Positions 1-18,375 of a stretch of DNA of 64,000 nt are shown here, one piece after another. The position numbers and the translations under genes are program-made. The number at the start of each line of letters is the position of its first letter. Within the stretch, counting starts at the first letter, position 1. Source of the DNA: Octopus vulgaris (taxonomy: Eukaryota); contig OX597824.1 in assembly GCA_951406725.2 (NCBI GenBank), forward strand, positions 59,644,001-59,708,000, given 5' to 3'. The notes under the pieces are model-generated. The model searched no databases. It had not been told where the DNA came from and was given only the letters and a program-made list of their open reading frames with translations.

Positions 1-22
1 TATTAAGAAGAAGAAGAATTAC

Positions 23-331
23 CATGCGAACATGATAACTAGTGTCATGTTTCTGGTTGTTCTGTATTTCATCATGGTCCACAATCCAAGCGCAGTTTCT
101 TTAGGATGAACTTCGGCTTCGTCTTCAGGGTTTGTTCCATTTCTGTCAATCAGTTCTTTGGACTGTTCACCTAATCGATGCATTTCCATGGCAGATTCAT
201 TAGATTTCAGACATTTTGTCCATGCCGCTTCGAAATCGACTCCGTTAAGTTTTGCTGCGCGTTTCACAATTCTTTCGGCTTCTACAATTTTCCCTTTTGC
301 GAACAACCATCGAAAGCTTTCTCTTAAGTAC
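23..331 (-). CDS. SLC22 transporter coding exon 5 (YLRESFRWLFAKGK...AAKLNGV...RNMTLVIMFAW); gene continues beyond the left window edge
   Basis: ESPRWL-like motif (here ESFRWL) and central-loop 'AAKLNG'; ATGCAG acceptor, GTAATT donor; phase 2-2, consistent with exon 4. Confidence 0.92.
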
Positions 332-381
332 CTGCATAATATGAATATGAATATGCATGTATGTATGTATGTTTGTATGTA

Positions 382-419
<38 letters not shown>

Positions 420-420
420 G

Positions 421-677
421 TATTTCGTTTTTGGATTTGGTTTGTAAGATTCTTTATATGAGTTCGTGTGCTGAAGCATATTCTGTTGTGTCTGGGGAGA
501 GTCATTTTCTTTTGGTGCCTTATAATTTAACACACACACCAGCAAAATTTCCACTGATTTCTTATTTTTATTTTCCTAAAATTTTCGTTACGTCTTGTAA
601 CCTTTTCAATAGTCTTGACTCTGTTAGTTATTTACACTGCGTTCCTTTTTGTTTGTTTGTGCGCATGTATGTGGGTC

Positions 678-711
<34 letters not shown>

Positions 712-1421
712 TGTGTGTGTGCCTATGCATGCATGTACGTATGTATGTATGTATGTATGTATGTATGTATGTATGTATGTATGTATGTATGTATATATGT
801 ACGCATGTGTGTGTATATATAGGTGTGTGTATGCATACATATATATATGTATGTATGTGTGTGCATCTGTATGTATGTATGTATTCTGCATATTCACGTG
901 CTTGCATGTCCGCGTTTGTGTATTTTCTATGTTATGTAGATATATGTATGTATGTGTGTGGGTGTGTGTGAGTGTATCTATGTTTTTTTTTTTGTATGTA
1001 AGCATATGGATATGAAAATAAACAAATCAATATACAGACGGATAGGTACATAGGTTATAAGAACAGTCAAGAACACATATGCAAATGGAGACTGAAACAC
1101 ATGACCACATATACATACACACTTTACTCCACACAAGGACACATATCGAGACACGGGTTCACACATATAGAGATGCACATCCATACATACAAACATGGTA
1201 CATAGTTGCAAAACACATACACACACTGACCCACACACATGCGCACAAACAAACAAAAAGGAATGCAGTGTAAATAATGGACAGAGCCAAAACTATTGAA
1301 AAGGTTGCAAGACGCAACGAAAATCGTAGAAAAATAAAAATAAGAAATCAATGAAGATTTTACCGGTGAGTGTGTTATATTATAAGGCACAAAAAGAAAA
1401 TGACTCTCCCCAGACACAACA

Positions 1422-1422
<1 letters not shown>
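421..1422. repeat. Two tail-to-tail copies of an interspersed repeat (forward ~421-930, reverse ~935-1422) forming a long inverted repeat
   Basis: ~483-680 is the reverse complement of ~1225-1422; a third, longer copy lies at ~37627-38350. Confidence 0.8.
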
Positions 1423-1483
<61 letters not shown>

Positions 1484-1520
1484 GTGTGTGTGTGTGTGTG
1501 TGTGTGTGTATACACGTATA

Positions 1521-2684
1521 TACGAAGGGATGCTGAAAAGTTCCTGGCCTTCAGGGTATCGTGAAAGGGTAAAGCTGTTACATTTACAGAGATGGCAGGA
1601 CAACTATTCGGGGGACATGAAAAAAAATCATGCTGGCATACTATATATCTCTCTTCTTTGCAGATTTAACGCGTGATGGCAGCTCCTACAGTGGATGGCG
1701 AGATGAAGGAACTCCTAAATGATGGCTGCCCATCTTAATCCATAGTGAAAACCTGGGTGTCGAGGTTTCCAATTAGCCATTTTTAGGTCAGGACCACCAA
1801 CTTCTGTGACTACAGAGAACAAAGCCGGATTTCAGCTAAAGTCATAGCTGAGACTCTGTAGATTTTCCGCGAGAGAGTTGGCCACATTATCTACAACACT
1901 CTGGACATGAGAAGGCAAAATGGGTACCGAAATGCCTGAACGCAGAACAGAAGCACATCCGCGTAACGACATGAAAGGCTATTTTGGACCGCTTTGCACC
2001 ATGGATGAAACACTATGTCTCGTTTAGTCACCATGGATGAAATCTGCCTTCATTATTATGATCCCCAGACTAAGTAGCAATCAATGGAGTGGCGCCACAG
2101 CAGTTCACCGCATTTTAAGACGTTTCGGACCCAGAAGCCAGCAGGAAAGATTCTAGCTTCAATGTTTTGGGACAAAGACAGAGTATGCTTCATAAAATAC
2201 TTGCCAAAAGGTTCAACCATTAAAGCAGAATTCGACATGATCCTATTGGATGAACTGCGTGAAGTTTTGGAGCAGAAACGCCGTGGAAAACCGAGTCGTG
2301 GTACCCTGCTTCTTGCATGCCAATGCACCAGCACACACAGCACATTAAAACTCTACGGAAAATGGATGACATTGGCTTCAAATTGGTAGACCACCCACCT
2401 TATTATCCTGATTTGGCCCCCACCGTCTATCGTCTCTTTCCACAACGGTAAAATCAACTCAAGGGAACAAAATTTCACTCTAATTCGGAAGTGATCGCTG
2501 CTTCAGAGGCTTGTTTGGCGGTCCAACTATCCGTATTTCTTTTCACTAGTCTTGGAAAATCTGAAGGACAGCTGCAATACGAGTGTGAATCTGAGAGGGG
2601 AATATGTTGAATAGCATTATAATTAACTGATCTTCCTGTATTATATTTTACCGAAAGCCAGAAACTTTTCGGCACCTCTTCGGA
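1521..2684 (+). mobile_element. Mariner (DD34D) DNA transposon, decayed, irritans-like
   Basis: TIRs CGAAGGGATGCTGAAAAGTTCCTGGC / GCCAGAAACTTTTCGGCACCTCTTCG with a flanking TA on the left; transposase remnants 'VTMDE', 'YYDPQTK*QSMEWR', 'SMFWD', 'HPPYYPDLAP' broken by stops and frameshifts. Confidence 0.85.
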
Positions 2685-2704
2685 TATGTGCATACACACG
2701 CACG

Positions 2705-2760
<56 letters not shown>

Positions 2761-2789
2761 TGTGTGTGTGTGTGTGTATTTATGAATAT

Positions 2790-3800
2790 ACACGTACGTG
2801 TAAAAGACGGAGAAAAATATGCAAAATATATATATATCACAAAATATAGGACACTTTGACACCGCAAAAACAGTATAATTTTGAAAAACCATAAGTTCTA
2901 AGTGCAGGAGCACATCAAACTTCCAGAAAACCAAGCGAGAAAACTATTTATATATACAAGAACGCTCAGTCCTCATCCATAATCAAGAAGTTTGTAAATG
3001 ATATTTAAGGATATTTGCAATCCCCACCCGCTCTTACTATAGCAATATACTATTAAGAAGCGAGGTTAATGAAAACATTTTACAACAAATAAACTCCTCC
3101 CACATAACTACAAAACCAGGATAACAAGCACAATTCTTTCAACCCACTCTACAGCATGAATGAAACTACTAACATGAAGAGAAATCTTCAATGACTATCA
3201 AAAATTAATTTCCAATCACACATAAATATCAGAAACTTTTCAAATCCAATAAATTCAAATGATTTAAGTTTGTTCGGACAGCATCCTTTCCTGCAGCATC
3301 CACGTCGCAATCTAAGACATACATCTAGTCGTAATTTTACTGCTTTCAATATCCAGCTTATGGTTGCGGAAAATTCTAAACTTCCGATTCAAAGGAACTT
3401 ATCTCTCTCCAAAGCAGTGGTATACAGTGCGTCCTTGACACTCACAGACAGTATTGAGGGAATTCAACGGAACCCACCACGAATGATTTCAATATCAGCT
3501 ACAGTGAACATAAATACTCATTCAGATCGATGGATAGAAAGAAATACATACCTTTGTCAGCAATATGTTTTGCGATTGCGGAATAGCAGAATTACAACTT
3601 TAAACAATGGACAGAACTCTCACATACTCTATCGGGACACGGTACAGCAAATTATGCTTTCACTGAAAAATCCCGGGTCTTGAAATAACCACTAAAATCG
3701 CTGAGCAGAGTTTCAGAGATCTTCCACGTCTGCCGCAGCCACAAGCTATTTCGTCTGAAAATCTACTCACTGAAAATGTCTTCAATTTATAACAACCAAG
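2790..3800 (+). mobile_element. Highly decayed Penelope-like element 3' part (RT thumb/GIY-YIG region)
   Basis: Remnant peptides 'LSKAVVYSASLT', 'YSEHKYSFR', 'YVLRLRNS' resemble the PLE GIY-YIG endonuclease region; many disruptions. Confidence 0.5.
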
Positions 3801-3834
3801 CGATGCTTCAACGACGTATTAGCCATTATTCTTT

Positions 3835-4190
3835 TATTCATTTACATGTTTCAGTCATTTAACTGCGGTCATGCTGAAGCACCACCTTTAATCGGACACA
3901 TCGACTCCAGGATTTTTATTGTAAGCCTAGTACTTCTATCGTTCTCTTTTGCCGAACCACTAAATTACGGGGACGTAAACACATGAACATCGATTGTCAA
4001 GCGATGGCGGGATGATAAACACAGACATAAATAACAAACACACATATATATATACAACGGGCTTCTTTCAGTTTCTGTCTACCAAATCCACTCACAAGGC
4101 TTTGGTCGGCTCGAGGCTATAGTAGAAGACACTCGCCCAAGGTGTCACGTGATGGGACTGAACCCGGAACCATGTGGCTGGTAAGCAAGC
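3835..4190 (-). mobile_element. tRNA-derived SINE, family B (same family as 42860-43283 and 43694-44080)
   Basis: Shared blocks 'CCACATGGTTCCGGGTTCAGTCCC' (B-box-like), 'GTGTCTTCTACTATAGCC', 'GACTGAAAC'. Confidence 0.8.
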
Positions 4191-4978
4191 TTCTTTATTT
4201 TATTATATGGGCTATGAAAGCCGTACACAGATGGAGAAACTACGGGCTGGACAAAGATATTAATGAGATGAGATGTGGTAAGCAAGCTTCTTACCACAAA
4301 GCCACTCCTGCACCTATGGCTAATTCAAACTAAAGAACTAAATTTCTTCTAAGATATGCCTGCTCTTTCTTTCTTTCTTTCTTTCTCTTTTAAGGAACAG
4401 TTAATTATTGATCCCATTGTTACACAGTTTCGTACCGCATCTAAGACAATACCTAGCTGAATAAAGCATCTGTGGAATGGATTCTCATTAGCTAAGATCA
4501 GTCAGTGATATATTGCATCATGCTCTAGCGAATTCAGTCAGTATTAACAAGTAACTCGTGTAAATTGGTATATAGGAGAATTGCAGATCAAATTAGTTCA
4601 GCTGCAGATTATTACCAGTTTCTTCGGATCATGAATTCCACTCACGGAAGATTTTAACAGATAGTTCTAAATCTTACCCAGTCCCGCTGCAGGAAGCTCT
4701 TCATTCATTGTAAACGCTCTTCCTTAGCAATCCCGAAACGTTTTGAGTACCCAAAGAGCTTCAGGGCACACTCTCGGAACTAAAGATACAGGCTTAGCAT
4801 GATATTTAATTAGCATATATGCAAAAAAAAGCAAAAGAATAAAACATATCTTTTGTTATTTTGTCACATCTAATATTGGAATTTTCACCACGAAAGAAAA
4901 TGCAAAAGAAATAAATAAAAGACAAAGAGAAAATTAAAACGAAGAAGTAGTTTGAAAAAATCACAAGAAATTCCTTAC

Positions 4979-5181
4979 CAAAATTGAAATATACATATGA
5001 TCCCGGGAATCCCAAAAACGGCACAGAGCCATCTCCATTCTGAATGTCTCATGACATAGGCAACCAACGCTAGGATCATAACACATGTACACCACCAAAC
5101 CCCCAGTGTGCATGAAACTAGTGTCCGTTTGTCAGCAGGAAACATCTCCAATATCATGGTAAAACCAGGAATAACGATACC
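4979..5181 (-). CDS. SLC22 transporter coding exon 4 (GIVIPGFTMILEMFPADKRT...SEWRWL...IFQFW)
   Basis: 'E-x-F-P-x-x-x-R' and 'WRWL' SLC22 motifs; CCTACAG acceptor, GTAAGG donor; phase 0 to 2. Confidence 0.92.
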
Positions 5182-5294
5182 CTGTAGGAAGATATATTTA
5201 AGTTCACAGTTATGATAAAAGTTTTATGGATTCAGTATGTATGTGCTGAGTACTAAAGATCAGTAAGCTATCTAATACATTAATCAATTTTAAT

Positions 5295-5951
5295 ATCTTG
5301 AAACTTTTGGGGAGGGGACTAGTCAATTACATCGGCCCGAGTACTTACCTGATACTTATTTTATTGACCTTAAAAGGATGAAAGGCAAAGTCGACCTCGG
5401 CGGAATTTGAACTCAGAACGTAAAGACGGACGAAATGTTGCTAAACATTTTGCCCAGGGTGCTAACGATTCTGTCAGCTCACCACCTTTGTAGCTTTCAT
5501 AATAATATTAATAATTGTTTCTATTTTTGGCACAAGGCCAGCATTTTTAAGGCGAGGAGAAAGTCGACCACATCGATCACAAGACTTGACAGGTACATTT
5601 TTATCGTCTCTGAAAGGATGAAAGACAAAGTCAACATCTAAAGGCACGAGGCTTGGAATTTTGGTGGAGGAAGCTACTCGGTTACTCCGATCCAGGGCTC
5701 AATGGATACTAATTTTATCGAGTACGAAAGAAGAAATGGCACAGTCGACCTCCGCGGAATTTGAACTACGAACGTTAAGCCAAAAGAACTGCTGTGAAGC
5801 ATTTTGTCCAGCAGACTAACGATTCTGCCAGATCACTTTTTCGTAATAATAATAATGGTTTCAAATTTTGGCTCAGATTGTAAAGACGGGTGAAATACTG
5901 CTAAGCCTTTCGACCGGTGTGCTAACAATTCTGCCAGCTCACCACCTTAAC

Positions 5952-5992
<41 letters not shown>

Positions 5993-6243
5993 TAATAATA
6001 ATAATAATAATGACAATAATAATAACTTTTTCTACTATTGGCGCAAGACCTGAAATTTGGGGGATGGGAGGGGGATAGTCAATTACATCGACCCAGTACT
6101 CAACTGGTACTTGATTTATCGACTCCGAAAGGATGAAAGACAAAGTCAACCTCGGTGGAATTTGAACTCAGAAGGTAACGAAGGACGAAATACTGCAGAG
6201 CATTTCAGCCAGCGCGCTAATGATTCTGCCAGCTCACAGCCTT
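5295..6243 (-). mobile_element. Cluster of about five partial copies of tRNA-derived SINE family A, interspersed with (TAA)n
   Basis: Repeated 'GAAAGGATGAAAGGCAAAGTCGACCTCGGCGGAATTTGAACTCAGAACG' block; on the minus strand, A-box-like TGGCAGAA and B-box GTTCAAATT. Confidence 0.8.
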
Positions 6244-6244
6244 A

Positions 6245-6330
<86 letters not shown>

Positions 6331-6827
6331 AAAACAAAGGCACCGCAGTGGTGATGCTTATCCTGAGCGTAGATAATTTTTTTTCGCATGTGGATTACAA
6401 TGCGTTGCTTACCCATGCTTTTTCATTGAACTGAATCAGCTTTTTATAGGTATTTTTACTCCATTATAGGTATTTATACTCCGGTGAAGTTAAGAAATAA
6501 ACGTAACCCACGAATTCATCACTGTATACACATCCGCGCGCGCGCACACAAACGGAGAGTCGGATATCTACGTATTTATGTGTGTATGTATGTACCCTGA
6601 CATGTTCACGCACATAGGTACACCATTATCTATACACACGCAGACGAGAGTCGATTCAAATGAAAAAGAAAGTGAACAAAATAATACGACCACTTGTTTA
6701 TCGGGAAATGTTTAAGTTCGATTTCTCATTATTTTTTAGTTTTTCGTTAAGTATCACTATCATAGGTTTGCATACTCCAGTGAAATTAAGAAATCGAGTC
6801 GTAAATAAATGAAACCCACGAATCCAT

Positions 6828-6870
<43 letters not shown>

Positions 6871-7269
6871 AACACACACGCACACAGAGAGGAACACACA
6901 CACACGCAAACACACGCACACAGAGAGGCACACACACACACACACAAATTCACAAGCCTATGTATGTATTTATGTATGTGCCCACATGTGTCTACGCGCA
7001 TATGTACTGCATGCTCTATACAGATACAGACGAGGGTCGATTCATTTGAAAAAGAAAGCCAACAAAATATGACCACTTAGCAGAAAATCTGTAAGTCCGA
7101 TTAAAAAAAAAATATTCTTTTAAAGATAATCAGTGCAAATGTTCATCATTTCGAGCCACTCGCCCACTGAGTATTTCTACCAAATGTGGTGAAAATCTGT
7201 TTAACCGTTTTCCAGTAATTTTGCAATTTTGCAAATAGACAAAGAGACAAAAACGAGTGATTACAGTGA

Positions 7270-7920
7270 TTACAGAATTGGGGCAAGGCACGACGGTCAA
7301 TTGATAATATACGACGGAAGCGATGTATGCATTCGCCACCTCTGTCCGACCTTCTAGAGATGGGTTCCCCCGGGCAATTTCTGGACGAGATTGGCTACCC
7401 TGCTCGTCACCTCGCTCCAGTTCTTTTCCACCTGGAGATCCGGACCAAACCACATCATAATAAATCTATCCAGCACCTTCGTCCAGCGTCCTACGACGTT
7501 ATTGGACGCAATAAGCTGCTCCTCTAGGTGCCAAACTGCAGGCCAACTGACTTGTCTTGGTTATGTTTTGCTCTTGTGAGAGATACGCATTATTTCAGAG
7601 CTGTACCGATCAGATTTATGTACCTAGTGTTCAACTCTATGATGGTTATGTCGTCTGCATATGCCGACACAGTTCTCCCACGTCCTAGTTCGCTAGCGAT
7701 GCCTCTCAACGCCTCCGATTTCCGAAGTAGTGGCTCTGGAACCAGTACATATATAGCAGACGATAGGGGGCACTCTTGACGGACCGAAAGCATTATGCTG
7801 AACGGTCGTCTCAACAGGTAACCATCCACTGGAACTTTCGAGTAGATATCGCTGTGCATTGTGGCAATCCAGCCACGGAAAACGGGATCGAAACCAACTA
7901 CTATGAGAATGGCTTCCAAG
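7270..7920 (-). mobile_element. Tx1-clade (L1 group) LINE RT fragment, decayed
   Basis: 'SVRQECPLS', 'AYADDIT' in ORF 7590-7919; homologous to 28488-33561. Confidence 0.8.
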
Positions 7921-7924
7921 GCTT

Positions 7925-9286
7925 TTCAGTGGTCCAAGACAGAAAGCATATGGTTACCAAGTGGTGAAATGATGAAGGCAATTCAACCTCAATCCAGCTA
8001 TAAGTACCTGGGAATACTTGAGGCAGATGGAGTCAAACACCACGACAAAAAAATTACCTGCGGCGAATGAAAAAAATATTGGCTTCAAGGCTGAATGCCA
8101 GAAACATATTTCGGCAATAAACTCGCGCGCAGTCGCAGTAGTTCGATATGGCGCTGGAATCCTGAAGTGGACAGGGGAGGAGCTAAAGGAGATGGACAGG
8201 AAGTCAAGAAATCTCCTAACGATGCATGGAGCCCATCATCCACGTGCAAGCACTGATCGCCTATACATGAAGAGAGAAAAATGGAGGAAAGGGACTGATA
8301 AGTGTGGAAGACTGTGTGCGTATAGAACTTGAGAGCTTCATGAAATACCTAGCCCAAAGTAAGGAAACCTTGCTAGTGACAGTTAGGAATGCGGGAATAT
8401 TGAGAGCAGAGAAAACAAAGGAAGAAGTACAAACAGGACGTGAAGAAGAATTACGCAAGAAGGGACTACACAATCAATTCCATGTAGCCACAGCAGAAGT
8501 CGCTGGAGAAAATGGTGGGTTTGGATGATGAAAAGAACCCTAAAAAGAAGACCGAGAGCACTATACTGGTAACGCAGGGCCAAGATCTGGCCATGAACTG
8601 GAGGGTCAACCTGAGGAACGAGCAAGTGCCTCTGCTATGCCGCACCTGCAACAAAGTGGATGAAACCATTGCCCATATCACGAATGAATGCCCTAGACTT
8701 ATCTAAAACAACAAGTTGTGGCATCACGACCAGGTAGCATAAGTGCTACATTGGAAACTAGTCGAAAAGTGGGGGCTAAATAGAGACAAGACTTGGTAAT
8801 GAGCACAAACCGCATAGTGGCAGAGTCGGAGACTAACAGAATCCTCTGGGATTTCTCAATCCAGGCAGAACAGGTGCTAGAGCATAACAGACCGGACCTA
8901 GTGGTGGTGGACAAGATGCACCACATATGCTATATAATTGATGTTGCATGCCCCTATGACCCACGAATAGTCACGAAGAAAGGTGAAATGATAGATAGAT
9001 AGATAGATAGATACAACCCTCTTATGTACGAAAAAGCATGGTTATGGAAAAGGAAGGTGAAGTTAGCGCAAATTATTGATAGGCATCAAGAGGAATATAA
9101 AAGAAATTGGAATAGAGTGACTAGTAAAAATGTTACAAAACGTTTGCATTTTTGAGACGGCAAGAATAATCAGGAAAGTATTAGATAGCTGAAAAGAATG
9201 GATAGCATGGTACCGTAGGCTGCAGGTAGTAAGCCCGCTATGCATGCAAGACTCCAGGAGCTCCAACAAAACCTGTGATAAAGAGA
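7925..9286 (+). mobile_element. R4/Dong-type RLE non-LTR retrotransposon 3' fragment (copy A), decayed, with (TAA)n tail
   Basis: 'YKYLGILE', CCHC 'CRTC...HITNEC', RLE 'RPDLVVVD...IDVACP'; followed by (TAA)n at 9287-9406. Confidence 0.85.
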
Positions 9287-9887
<601 letters not shown>

Positions 9888-9904
9888 ATAATAATAATAA
9901 TAAT

Positions 9905-11426
9905 ACAACACACACAAATGAAAGAGAAAATAAAAAAAGAATATTATAGACGAGTTAGATCAATACTAAAAACAGAGCTCAATGCTAAAAACAAGATAAT
10001 AGGTATTAACACTTTAGCTGTCCCAGTTATAAGTTACAGCTACAATATCCTTAACTGGACACGAAATGAACTGACCAAAATGGTTAGGAAAACAAGAAAA
10101 ATAATAACAGGATCTAGGATGCATCACCCAAAATCTGACATAGAAAGACTATATATATACAACGTATAGAAGGTGGTAGAGGCCTTATACAACTGGAAAA
10201 CTACTATAAAATAACCACCATAGGACTGCAAAGGTATCTACTTCAGAAGGAAGGAAAACTGATACAAATAGCGGCAAAACACGAGCAAAACAAAAAACTG
10301 TTCTCAGTATTTAAGGAAGCTGACAAATACAAACAAGAAATCATACCACCTAATAAATATGAAGAAGGAGAAGAAGAAGAAGAAGAAGAAGAAGAAGAAG
10401 AAGAAGAAGAAGAAGAAGAAGAAGAAGAAGAAGAAGAAGAAGAAGAAGAAGAAGAAGAAGAAGAAGAAGAAGAAGAAGAAGAAGAAGAAGAAACAACAAA
10501 AGCTATAAAACAAATGAAATCCAAACTAAAAATAGAACAGCAACGAACCATGATAAAACGATGGCAAGAAAAGCCCCTTCATGGTAAATACTGGACTAAA
10601 CTAAACGCAAAAGAAATAGACAAAGAAAAATCCCAGCAATGGTTGAGAAGCTCAGGACTCAAAGCAGAAACAGAGGGATTTTTAATTGCAGCACAAGACC
10701 AAAGCCTCTCCACCAGAAATTACCAAAGACATGTAATGAAAAGAAATATAACAAGTAACTGCAGAATATGTGGAGATGGACAAGAAACAATAAATCATAT
10801 TATCTCTAGCTGCCCAGTCCTGGCTAAGAAGGAATATATTCACAGACATGACAGAGTTGGAACCTACATACATTGGAAGCTATGCCAACATTATGGAATA
10901 ACAACAGAAAAAAGATGGTATAGGCACACACCAGAAAAGGTCACAGAAAACGAGAAAGCAACCATACTCTGGGATATGCCGATACACACAGATAGAGAAA
11001 TTAAGGCCAACAGACCAGATATAGTTGTCAGAGACCATGAAGAAAAAAAATGCTTTCTAATTGATGTATCAATACCGGCTGATGACAACGTGTCTCTAAA
11101 AGAAATGGAGAAACTCTCAAAATACAAAGACCTGGAAATAGAGGTAACTAGAATGTGGAATCTGAAAACAGAAACAATTCCTATCATAGTAGGTGCATTA
11201 GGCATGATAAAAAAATATTCAGACAAATACATAACAAAAACACCAGGACTTACAAACACATATAACATACAGAAAATTGCACTACTAGGCACTGCACACA
11301 TCCTACGCAGAACACTTTCCATACAATAACCATCAAAGCATCACAACAAATCACAGCACATACCCAAGGCACACAGAGCTGCGCTCGGTAGTGAAGTGAA
11401 AGCACGCTATAAAAATAAAACTACTG
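9905..11426 (+). mobile_element. 5'-truncated R4/Dong-type retrotransposon (copy B), young, with an in-frame (GAA)n poly-Glu insert
   Basis: ORF 10514-11329 with CCHC 'CRIC...HIISSC', 'RHD', RLE 'RPDIV...IDVSIP...EKLSKYKDL'; 3' UTR then (TAA)n. Confidence 0.92.
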
Positions 11427-11454
11427 AATAATAATAATAATAATAATAATAATG

Positions 11455-11748
11455 ATCCTTTCTACTATATGCACAAGGCCTATAATTTGGTGGGAGGGGA
11501 CTAGTCGATTACATCGACACCCAGTGTTTTACTGGTATTTAATTTGTCGACCCGGAAAGGATGTAGGGCAAGGTTGATCCTGACGGAATTTGTACTCAGA
11601 ACGTAACGGCAGACGAAATACCTATTTCTTTACTACCCACAAGGGTCTAAACACAGAGGGGACAAACAAGGACAGATACACGGATTAATTCGATTACATC
11701 GACACCAGTGCATAACTAGTACTTATTTAATCGACCCCGAAAGGATGA
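11455..11748 (-). mobile_element. Two nested partial SINE family A copies
   Basis: Family A blocks; the second copy's tail 'CTATTTCTTTACTACCCACAAGGG' starts at ~11622 inside the first. Confidence 0.75.
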
Positions 11749-11768
11749 ACGCTATAAAAATAAAACTA

Positions 11769-18375
<6,607 letters not shown>

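Noticed and set aside
340-1510. Many short ORFs rich in CV, YI, HT or MYVC (also at 37-38, 43, 45 and 50-54 kb)
   Set aside because: Translations of (CA)n, (TA)n and (TATG)n microsatellites.
2084-2389. SETMAR-like host gene
   Set aside because: Only a broken mariner transposase between TIRs; no SET domain.
3735-3775. Possible minus-strand hammerhead (..CAGAC-GAAA-UAGCU..)
   Set aside because: The CUGANGA core and cleavage triplet are not recognisable; too degenerate to call.
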